A DNA stretch of 36,295 nt, taken from positions 1 to 36,295 of the forward strand of contig JAHJZF010000050.1 in assembly GCA_018826645.1 (NCBI GenBank). The letters run 5' to 3'. The notes beneath the pieces were generated by a model. The model saw only the letters and a list, made by a program, of their open reading frames with translations. It made no database searches and was not told the DNA's origin. Below, one piece after another: positions 29,260 through 36,295 of this stretch (within the stretch, counting starts at the first letter, position 1; every line of letters starts with the position of its first letter). Origin of the DNA: Patescibacteria group bacterium (GTDB lineage Bacteria; Patescibacteriota; Minisyncoccia; UBA6257; Colwellbacteraceae). A program made the translations under genes and the position numbers.

Positions 29260-29675
29260 TGGTCGAGGTCAATCTTGTAAGTTTTGATAAAAGGTTTGAT
29301 GTCTTAGCAGAACCCCTGAGGCAAAAAGCCGAAAGGGTTCTTAGGTTTTTAAAGGAAAAGAACATTGTTTTGGATATATATCTTATTGGCGCCTCTAGAA
29401 TGAGAAAATTGAACCATCAATATAGGGGTAAAGATTCTGTGACAGATGTTTTAGCGGTTGAGCCTCCAAAAGACTTTCCCCAATTGGCAAAGAGAGCCAT
29501 TGGAGAGGTTTATCTAAACCCGCCATGCGTAAGAAAGAAAAATTATGATATCGATTATGCTCTAGTCCATGGCGTTTTGCACCTTATAGGTTTTAGGCAT
29601 GAACGGAAAAGTGATAAGATTGAGATGGAAAAACGAGAAAAAAAGATACTTCAATGGCTCACCAACACATCTTAG
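29259..29675 (+). CDS. ybeY: rRNA maturation endoribonuclease YbeY
   Basis: Zinc-binding HGVLHLIGFRHE (H-G-x-L-H-L-x-G-x-x-H). 138 aa. The ATG overlaps the yqeY TGA. Confidence 0.85.
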   Translation: MVEVNLVSFDKRFDVLAEPLRQKAERVLRFLKEKNIVLDIYLIGASRMRKLNHQYRGKDSVTDVLAVEPPKDFPQLAKRAIGEVYLNPPCVRKKNYDIDYALVHGVLHLIGFRHERKSDKIEMEKREKKILQWLTNTS

Positions 29676-30883
29676 GACTTGATATAGGGTCTGACACGGT
29701 CAAGGCCGTTTTAACCGAACCTACCGTAGACGGAAAACTTGCTTTGATAAAAGCTTTTACAAAACCTTCAAGAGGTATAAGGAAGGGTGTGGTTATTGAT
29801 ATGGATGGAGTGGTGAGTGTTATTAATAGTTTATTTGATGAAGTTGCAGAAGTTTCAAAAACGGGTCTTAAAAATATTTTTTTGAGCGTTGGAGGGGCTG
29901 ACGTTATGGTTAGGTCTTCGCGCGGATCATCGGCTGTATCAAGGGCAAACTCTGAGATTCACCAAGATGATATAGACAGGGCTGTCGAGGCATCTGTGGC
30001 AGTTAAGCCTCGTTCAAATCGGTTTAACCTCCACACACTTAATCAGGAATTTATTGTAGATGGAGTGGGAGATATTCAAGATCCTTTGGGAATGGTGGGT
30101 GCGCGTCTCGAGGTTATTAATTTGGTTATAGATGCTTTTGAACCGAGCGTCAGAAATTTACAAAAATGTATCAAGCTTGCAAATGGAGAAGTAAGCGCTC
30201 TCGTTTTTACGCCACTGGCGTCCGCTAAATCTGTCTTAACAGATAAACAAAAAGAATTAGGGGTGGTTTTAATAGACATCGGCGCTGGATCGACCGGAAT
30301 TGCTGTCTATGAAGAAAGTAAACTTTTACACACAAAAGTATTTAAAATGGGTGCTAATAATATTACAAATGATTTGGCACTGGCTCTTCAAGTGCCGGTA
30401 GAGGTAGCTGATAAAATCAAACTTTCTTATGGATATGCAATCGCCAAAGAAGTTCCAAGTAGAGACTATATAGATCTAAAGACGATTAATCCTGAAATTA
30501 ATGGTAAGCCTGCTAAAAAATTTGTGGCAGAGGTGATAGAAGCTCGCCTGTCAGAGATTTGCGAAGTTGTCAACGATGAACTAAAATCTATTGGTAAGGA
30601 TAAAAGTTTGCCGGGAGGGGCTGTTGTGGTAGGTGGAGGGGCCAAGATGCCAGGAATGGCGGATTTGGTTCAGTCTGAGCTTAAGCTTGCCTCACAAATA
30701 GGAGTAGTAAATCCTTCATTGTTTGTTGCAAAAGATTCGTCTACTCGCGAACTTTTGACTTCGCCAGAGCATACTTGTGCTTTGGGCCTACCTCTTTATA
30801 GTGAGCAGGCTAAGATGAGGATTCGTCCAAGCGGTTCAATATCTGGATTCGCCAAGGGTCTCATCGACAAGATAATGCCTTAG
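29654..30883 (+). CDS. ftsA: cell division protein FtsA
   Basis: Actin-fold phosphate-1 motif LGLDIGSDTVKAV, then VLIDIGAGSTGIAVY and VVGGGAKMPG. Immediately upstream of ftsZ. Confidence 0.9.
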   Translation: MAHQHILGLDIGSDTVKAVLTEPTVDGKLALIKAFTKPSRGIRKGVVIDMDGVVSVINSLFDEVAEVSKTGLKNIFLSVGGADVMVRSSRGSSAVSRANSEIHQDDIDRAVEASVAVKPRSNRFNLHTLNQEFIVDGVGDIQDPLGMVGARLEVINLVIDAFEPSVRNLQKCIKLANGEVSALVFTPLASAKSVLTDKQKELGVVLIDIGAGSTGIAVYEESKLLHTKVFKMGANNITNDLALALQVPVEVADKIKLSYGYAIAKEVPSRDYIDLKTINPEINGKPAKKFVAEVIEARLSEICEVVNDELKSIGKDKSLPGGAVVVGGGAKMPGMADLVQSELKLASQIGVVNPSLFVAKDSSTRELLTSPEHTCALGLPLYSEQAKMRIRPSGSISGFAKGLIDKIMP

Positions 30884-30885
30884 AT

Positions 30886-32418
30886 ATGGCTAGACTTAAA
30901 AAAGATAAAATCAAAAAACCTATTAAAAAGACGGCCGTAAAACTGGTTAGTAAAAGGCCGGCCAAAAAGATAGTGCCTAAAAAAGCTATTAAGAAAGAAG
31001 GAGTCGTTAAAAAAAATTTAAAAGTTAAAAAAGTAGCCCCCAAAAAGAAGGCTGAAAAGATTGTGGTTAAGACGAAGAAGAAAGTTGTCCTCAAGAAACC
31101 TATTAAAAAAACAGCCCCTAAGCCAAAAAATAAAATAGAGAAGAGTCCTGTTAAAAAAGCTATAAAACAAAAACCAATAAAGAAAAGTGTTTCGAAAAAG
31201 AAAACATTAGTAGTAAGAAAGACAAAACATTCCAAATATAGACCAATTGTAAAAATTAAAGTGATGGGCATTGGTGGTGGAGGAGGCAATGCCCTCACTC
31301 GCATGAGTAAAGATCCTTTGAGGGGAGTAGAGTTTGTGGCCGTGAACACAGACCTCCAAGATTTAGAATCTTGCGAAGCAAGAAGGAAAATTCATATAGG
31401 CAAAACTATTACTCGTGGAATGGGGGCTGGCATGAATCCTGAATTAGGTCAGCAATCAGCGGAAGAAAGCAGAGAGGAATTAGAAAATGTATTGCAGGGG
31501 ACAGACATGGTTTTTCTAACAGCTGGTCTTGGAGGAGGTACCGGAACGGGGGCGACGCCGGTCATAGCCGATATAGCTAGAGATATGGGCATTCTAACGG
31601 TGGCGGTGGTTACCAAGCCTTTTTCATTTGAAGGCTCTGTTAGGGCTAGGTTAGCTGAGGAGGGGTTGGCTAAATTAAGAAATAGGGTGGATACGCTTCT
31701 CGTAATTCCTAACGATAGAATATTCAATATTATTGATGCCAATACGCCGGTTCTAAAAGCTTTTGATAAAATAGATGAGATTTTAAGAAACTCTGTCAGG
31801 GGGATAGCAGATATGATTACAGCCTCCGGCTTAGTCAATGTAGATTTTGCGGACGTGAATGCTGTGATGAAAGATGCTGGAATAGCTGTGGTAGGTGTGG
31901 GTGTGGCAAAGGGTAAAGATAGGGCCAGCAAGGCGGTTAACGAAGCCGTCAACTCTCCCCTCCTTGATGTATCGATAGATGGCGCTAGGGGAGTGCTTTT
32001 CAGTGTGGCTGGTGGGCGAGACCTTAAAATGTCAGAGATCAATGAAGCGGCTCAGATGATAACGGAGAATATAGATACAGGGGCTAAGATTATATTCGGC
32101 GCCCACTATGATCGTAAATTAAGAAAAGGAGATATGAAGATTATCTTAATTGCTACAGGATTTAATAGCTCTCAACGATTTACTAGAGAGCAAGACAACT
32201 TCAGTCTTTTTAGTTTAGACGACGATGAGGATTCTAGTGTGGAAAATGACGAAGATAAAGAATACGAGAGCCCAGATAAGGTGGAGGGGGGTAGGGAGAA
32301 GATTAAAGATCGTTCAAGAAGTAAAAAAGAAGAGAAAAAAGAGGTTTTAGACGAAGGCAAGAGTGAAGAAGAGATGTGGGAAGTGCCTACATTTTTGAGA
32401 CGACGCAAAAAGCGTTAA
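30886..32418 (+). CDS. ftsZ: cell division GTPase FtsZ with about 120-aa polylysine N-terminal extension
   Basis: Core IKVMGIGGGGGNALTRM and tubulin signature GLGGGTGTGATPVIA, plus NDR and T7-loop blocks. Preceded in frame by Lys-rich repeats (KKPIKKTA.K). The C-terminal tail ends in WEVPTFLRRRKK, an FtsA-binding-type peptide. Confidence 0.9.
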   Translation: MARLKKDKIKKPIKKTAVKLVSKRPAKKIVPKKAIKKEGVVKKNLKVKKVAPKKKAEKIVVKTKKKVVLKKPIKKTAPKPKNKIEKSPVKKAIKQKPIKKSVSKKKTLVVRKTKHSKYRPIVKIKVMGIGGGGGNALTRMSKDPLRGVEFVAVNTDLQDLESCEARRKIHIGKTITRGMGAGMNPELGQQSAEESREELENVLQGTDMVFLTAGLGGGTGTGATPVIADIARDMGILTVAVVTKPFSFEGSVRARLAEEGLAKLRNRVDTLLVIPNDRIFNIIDANTPVLKAFDKIDEILRNSVRGIADMITASGLVNVDFADVNAVMKDAGIAVVGVGVAKGKDRASKAVNEAVNSPLLDVSIDGARGVLFSVAGGRDLKMSEINEAAQMITENIDTGAKIIFGAHYDRKLRKGDMKIILIATGFNSSQRFTREQDNFSLFSLDDDEDSSVENDEDKEYESPDKVEGGREKIKDRSRSKKEEKKEVLDEGKSEEEMWEVPTFLRRRKKR

Positions 32419-32460
32419 GGATAAAGTTATTCACATTTGGATATTCGGCTTCGATTGGTT

Positions 32461-32497
32461 AGAATTAGCGCACAAGTGAGGCGCTAATTCTTTTATA
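32461..32497 (+). terminator. rho-independent terminator after ftsZ
   Basis: AGAATTAGCGC / GCGCTAATTCT stem (11 bp), 9-nt loop, then ttttat. Confidence 0.7.
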
Positions 32498-32502
32498 GAT
32501 AT

Positions 32503-35256
32503 ATGAATCAATACAAAAATACAGTACTAGATCTTTTGCCCAGAAGCGGTCAAATCGCTGGTTTTAAACTCGATAGACTTTTCACTAAAGAAGGAGTTCA
32601 TCCATATGATGAAATTGAATGGGAGGAGAGAGATGCTCGTGTCGGGAATTTTGAACAAAAGGGAGTAGAGTTTCCAAGCTCTTGGTCTGACAATGCCGTC
32701 AACATAACCACTGCTAGATATTTTAGAGGCAAGTTAAACGTTCCTGAAAGAGAGAAGAGTTTAAAGCAGATGATTAACCGGGTAGTTAAGACTATCCGAA
32801 GTTGGGGAGATGAATTTGGATACTTTAAAGATTCAGAGCAAGCTCAAATTTTCGAAGACGAGCTCACATACCTTCTTGTTCGTCAGAGAGGTTCTTTTAA
32901 TAGTCCCGTTTGGTTCAATGTTGGCGTTCATGAGAGGCCACAATGTTCTGCTTGCTTTATTCTTTCGGTGGAAGACGATATGAATTCCATTTTAAATTGG
33001 ATAAGCACGGAAGGGATGATTTTTAAGGGCGGTTCGGGCGCAGGCGTTAATCTGTCGCCTCTCCGTTCGAAAGGTGAAGGACTCTCGGGAGGGGGTGAAT
33101 CTTCGGGACCAGTTTCCTTTATGCGTGGTGCCGATTCGGTTGCGGGAATGATAAAGTCAGGAGGAGGAACGCGTAGAGCCGCCAAAATGGTGGTTTTAGA
33201 TATCGACCACCCAGACATTTTAGAGTTTGTGAAGTGTAAGGCAGAAGAGGAGAAAAAGATTCATGCCTTAATTAGGGGAGGATATGATATGGCCAATCTT
33301 AATAATTCGGCTTGGGATTCAATTCAATTCCAAAATGCGAACAACTCTGTTCGTATCACAGATGATTTTATGAAAATGGCGATTAATGGAGGAACTTGGA
33401 ACACTAGAAATAGATTAGATGGAACGGTTGCTGATACTTATGAAGCCAAAGAGCTTCTAAGCGAGATTGCACAGGCTGCGTGGGAGTCGGGAGATCCGGG
33501 CGTACAATTCGACACCACTATTAATACATGGCACACGTGCCCAAATTCAGGTCGGATTAATGCTTCAAATCCATGCGCTGAATATATGCATATAGATGAT
33601 TCGGCCTGCAACCTGGCCTCTATTAATCTTCTTAGATTTTTAAATAAAGATGGTTCTTTTGCTATAGATGAATTTAAACAAGCCGTTCGAGTATTTATTT
33701 TGGCGCAAGAGATGTTAATTGATGGGTCCGGATATCCAACGGAGAAAATAACTAAAAATGCCAGAGACTACAGACAACTTGGTCTAGGGTTTGCCAACTT
33801 GGGGGCGCTTCTAATGGCGAAAGGTTTGCCCTACGATTCTGATGAGGCACGTGTTTGGGCTGGCACCATTACAAGCTTGATGGCGGGTGAGGCCTATCGT
33901 TTTTCTGCAGAGGTTGCAGGAAAGAAGGGCTCTTTTGCCGGATTTGATATTAATAGAGAGCCGATGCTAGGCGTTATTAGCAAGCATCGCGATAAGGCGC
34001 TAGAGATAGACGATACGTTAATGTCGCAAAAAAGACTTATTGAAGAGGCGCGAAAAGTTTGGAACGAAGCCTTAAGTCTTGGTAGAAAATATGGATTTCG
34101 AAATTCGCAGGTTACGGTAATCGCCCCTACTGGCACCATTGCCTTTATGATGGATTGCGATACTACGGGTATAGAGCCAGATTTTTCTTTGGTAAAAATG
34201 AAGCAGTTGGTTGGTGGCGGTTCGATGAAGATTGTGAATCAAGCCATATCGAGAGCGTTGGTTAATCTGAATTACAGAGAAGAAGAAGTGGAGGATATTG
34301 TAAATTGGATTACTGAGCACGGCACGGTTGAAGGAGCTCCTCGTATTAAAGAGGGGCATTTAGCAATCTTTGATACTGCCGTTCAGCCAGAAGAGGGGTC
34401 GCGCTATATTTTATGGCAAGGACACGTAAAGATGGTCGCCGCCGTTCAACCATTCATTTCAGGCGCCATTTCAAAGACTTTTAATATGCCGAACGATGCC
34501 ACTAAAGAAGATATAGAAAAAGCTTATATAATGGCTTGGGAAATGGGCATCAAGGCTTTTGCAGTTTATCGCGATGGCTCAAAGGCATCTCAACCCCTTG
34601 CTACGGGAGCTTCTTCTAAGACAGGAAACGAGGATAAAGAAGATGCTTCACCTTCTGAAAGAACAGCTCCTGCCACTCACATAGGGAACAGAGAAAGATT
34701 ACCAGATACACGTTCTTCAGAGACGCACAGATTTGTTATTGCTGGGCACAAAGGATATTTGACATATAGCCTTTATGAAGATGGTCGATTGGCAGAAATA
34801 TTTATACGAATAGCTAAGCAGGGAAGCACGTTGGCTGGCCTTTTGGATGCTTTCGCCCTTTCTGTTTCTATCGCTCTTCAGCACGGGGTTCCGCTTGGTT
34901 TATTGGCGGAGAAATATGTTCGCACTAGGTTTGAGCCAGCGGGCTATACGGAGAATCCACAGATATTTGTTGCCACCAGTATCGTAGATTATATCTTCCG
35001 ATATCTTGCGTTAAGGTTTTTGCCCGAAGACGATTTGTATTCTTTAGGGCTTATGTCTGTCGATATGGGAGAGGTGATTAGTGATGTCTCAAGAATAAGT
35101 GACGGCGAAAAAAAAGAGGAGATTACTCGCGCCGAACAAAAATCTAATTATGTGGATGCAGGCATTGTTTGTCAGGATTGTGGAGGAATGATGGTTCAAA
35201 GCGGAACTTGTTATACTTGCCTCGATTGTGGAGGAGCATCGGGCGGTTGTTCGTAG
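32503..35256 (+). CDS. nrdJ: adenosylcobalamin-dependent (class II) ribonucleotide reductase
   Basis: The N-terminus (RLFTKEGVHPYDEIEWEERDA...GVEFPSSWSDNAVNITTARYFRG) matches my recollection of long-form NrdJ. Active-site blocks SACFILSVED, NPCAEY and SACNLASINL. C-terminal Cys-rich zinc-ribbon/redox tail CQDCGG...CYTCLDCGGASGGCS. Confidence 0.9.
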   Translation: MNQYKNTVLDLLPRSGQIAGFKLDRLFTKEGVHPYDEIEWEERDARVGNFEQKGVEFPSSWSDNAVNITTARYFRGKLNVPEREKSLKQMINRVVKTIRSWGDEFGYFKDSEQAQIFEDELTYLLVRQRGSFNSPVWFNVGVHERPQCSACFILSVEDDMNSILNWISTEGMIFKGGSGAGVNLSPLRSKGEGLSGGGESSGPVSFMRGADSVAGMIKSGGGTRRAAKMVVLDIDHPDILEFVKCKAEEEKKIHALIRGGYDMANLNNSAWDSIQFQNANNSVRITDDFMKMAINGGTWNTRNRLDGTVADTYEAKELLSEIAQAAWESGDPGVQFDTTINTWHTCPNSGRINASNPCAEYMHIDDSACNLASINLLRFLNKDGSFAIDEFKQAVRVFILAQEMLIDGSGYPTEKITKNARDYRQLGLGFANLGALLMAKGLPYDSDEARVWAGTITSLMAGEAYRFSAEVAGKKGSFAGFDINREPMLGVISKHRDKALEIDDTLMSQKRLIEEARKVWNEALSLGRKYGFRNSQVTVIAPTGTIAFMMDCDTTGIEPDFSLVKMKQLVGGGSMKIVNQAISRALVNLNYREEEVEDIVNWITEHGTVEGAPRIKEGHLAIFDTAVQPEEGSRYILWQGHVKMVAAVQPFISGAISKTFNMPNDATKEDIEKAYIMAWEMGIKAFAVYRDGSKASQPLATGASSKTGNEDKEDASPSERTAPATHIGNRERLPDTRSSETHRFVIAGHKGYLTYSLYEDGRLAEIFIRIAKQGSTLAGLLDAFALSVSIALQHGVPLGLLAEKYVRTRFEPAGYTENPQIFVATSIVDYIFRYLALRFLPEDDLYSLGLMSVDMGEVISDVSRISDGEKKEEITRAEQKSNYVDAGIVCQDCGGMMVQSGTCYTCLDCGGASGGCS

Positions 35257-35297
35257 ATTTTCTAAAAGATACAATCTATTTTGGGTAGATTATCGGT

Positions 35298-35303
35298 TAT
35301 AAT
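35298..35303 (+). promoter_or_regulatory. TATAAT -10 box 7 nt upstream of the ATG at 35311 (candidate leaderless promoter)
   Basis: Perfect TATAAT at 35298-35303, spacer ataacta, ATG at 35311. Confidence 0.4.
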
Positions 35304-35310
35304 ATAACTA

Positions 35311-36252
35311 ATGGAACAGGACAAACATGCTCTTTGGTTTGCGGTTTTAGTAATCGTATCTCTCGCGACGTATGGTCTGTATGGTGAAACTAGACGCTCT
35401 TTAAGCGAAACTAACGAAGAACTTCATAGGGCTCAAGAAGAAATTGCACGTATAGTAGGAGAAAGCGAAGAGACCATCTCAACCCAACGCGACCTTATAG
35501 TCCAAAAGGATGAAGAGTTAGAGCAAAGTAAAGAGAGCGAAGAGCTTCTTCAAGAGGCGGTTGCAAGCCTGCAGAACACTTCGAGTAAGACCCAGACGTC
35601 TTTAAACAGCCTCTTAAGTGATTTTGCGCCTGCGGTAGTGAGGCTCGTTTGTCTTAGCGACTCTCTTACTCGTGGACTCCAGCAAGGCTCAGGAGTTCTT
35701 TATAAGGGCACTTCAATGTCTGGCATAGGACCATATTATGTACAGACGAACTTACATGTAATAGAAACAGAAGACGGATCTTCCTCGCAATGCGTTATTG
35801 CCGTCTATCCCGACCCTAATCGATCAGATTTTTATTATATCTATAAAAGCAATGGATATAAGCTCTATAAATCAGGAGTGGACTTGGCTTTTCTAGAGCC
35901 AGAGCTGGTTAGTGGACATTCAAAAGCTGGTACTCTCGGTCAGCTTAGTGATTCGGCCAGAAGTTCTGTCGACACCGCTCTTTGCACTACTGCTGGCATA
36001 GGGGACCACATAACTGTTCTTGGATATCCGGGCATTGGTGGAGACACTTTAACGGTAACGGATGGCATTGTTTCGGGATTTGAATTTCGTGAAGGGGCGA
36101 GATATATCAAAACTTCGGCCAAGATTGACCAGGGCAATTCAGGAGGAATCGCCATCAAAGATTCTGGCTGTTTGGTTGGAATACCAACCTATGTTCAATT
36201 TCAAAACGAGAGTTTAGGTAGAATATTAGATTTGTATCACCTGCTTAACTAG
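35311..36252 (+). CDS. membrane-anchored trypsin-like serine protease (S1 family, no PDZ seen)
   Basis: TM helix ALWFAVLVIVSLATYGLY and a coiled-coil segment. Catalytic-triad contexts TNLHVIE (His), DLAFLE (Asp), GNSGGIAI (Ser). Confidence 0.8.
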   Translation: MEQDKHALWFAVLVIVSLATYGLYGETRRSLSETNEELHRAQEEIARIVGESEETISTQRDLIVQKDEELEQSKESEELLQEAVASLQNTSSKTQTSLNSLLSDFAPAVVRLVCLSDSLTRGLQQGSGVLYKGTSMSGIGPYYVQTNLHVIETEDGSSSQCVIAVYPDPNRSDFYYIYKSNGYKLYKSGVDLAFLEPELVSGHSKAGTLGQLSDSARSSVDTALCTTAGIGDHITVLGYPGIGGDTLTVTDGIVSGFEFREGARYIKTSAKIDQGNSGGIAIKDSGCLVGIPTYVQFQNESLGRILDLYHLLN

Positions 36253-36295
36253 GAGAAATATGTAGCTCCGATTATTAGTGTTCCTAGGAATAAAA

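Noticed and set aside
32419-32502. Cobalamin riboswitch or NrdR box upstream of nrdJ.
   Set aside because: The 84-nt gap is mostly occupied by the ftsZ terminator hairpin. That is too short for a B12 riboswitch, and no paired NrdR-box-like repeats are visible.
1-36295. Alternative genetic code (UGA recoding), CRISPR arrays, tRNA genes.
   Set aside because: All conserved proteins translate full length with the standard code, and TGA terminates yqeY and the GIY-YIG ORF. I saw no regularly spaced direct repeats and no T-loop/acceptor patterns suggestive of tRNAs.

Overview
This window looks like a contiguous chromosomal stretch from a small-genome, low-GC bacterium, roughly 40-45% GC by hand count of sample lines. 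The gene content and rRNA features fit a Patescibacteria/CPR-type organism. Evidence for that: a stand-alone, expanded 16S gene, a split transketolase, a compact glycolysis/pentose-phosphate cluster, a Gram-positive-style type IV pilus cluster, class II RNR and small GIY-YIG ORFs.

Gene order:
- DUF192 (partial), then gap-capA-rpiB-rpe-tktN-tktC-pfkB-fba-rplY and a coiled-coil/lytic-transglycosylase protein.
- On the minus strand, GIY-YIG-rpmE-prfA.
- A 4.5-kb accessory segment holding divergent promoters, a 1.5-kb high-GC single-gene insert and a large FN3-repeat surface protein.
- A stand-alone 16S rRNA gene with its own promoter and terminator.
- A CheY-like regulator plus a type IV pilus cluster (pilin, unknown membrane protein, pilB, pilC, three minor pilin-like genes, pilM/N-like).
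- pth, lepB, hisS, HIT, rpsU, yqeY, ybeY, ftsA, ftsZ, nrdJ and a trypsin-like protease.

Most notable observations:
1. An oriented hairpin-doublet repeat family (CCCGTTA-N3-AC / GT-N3-TAACGGG) occurs three times. One copy carries the GIY-YIG nuclease ORF. Two ORF-less copies flank the 16S gene, one of them with compensatory arm changes. This resembles a REPIN/RAYT arrangement built around a GIY-YIG enzyme.
2. A sharply bounded insert of about 60-68% GC lies between hairpins. It encodes a zinc-ribbon/TM/Thr-rich/Ig-like protein and carries a canonical AGGAGG ribosome-binding site.
3. The host 16S 3' tail has no CCUCC anti-Shine-Dalgarno. Native genes lack SD motifs, and several operon-first genes have TATAAT exactly 6-7 nt before the ATG, which suggests leaderless mRNAs.
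4. RF1 lacks its whole N-terminal domain.
5. FtsZ and L31 carry polybasic extensions.

No CRISPR array, tRNA, 23S/5S, integrase or transposase was recognised.
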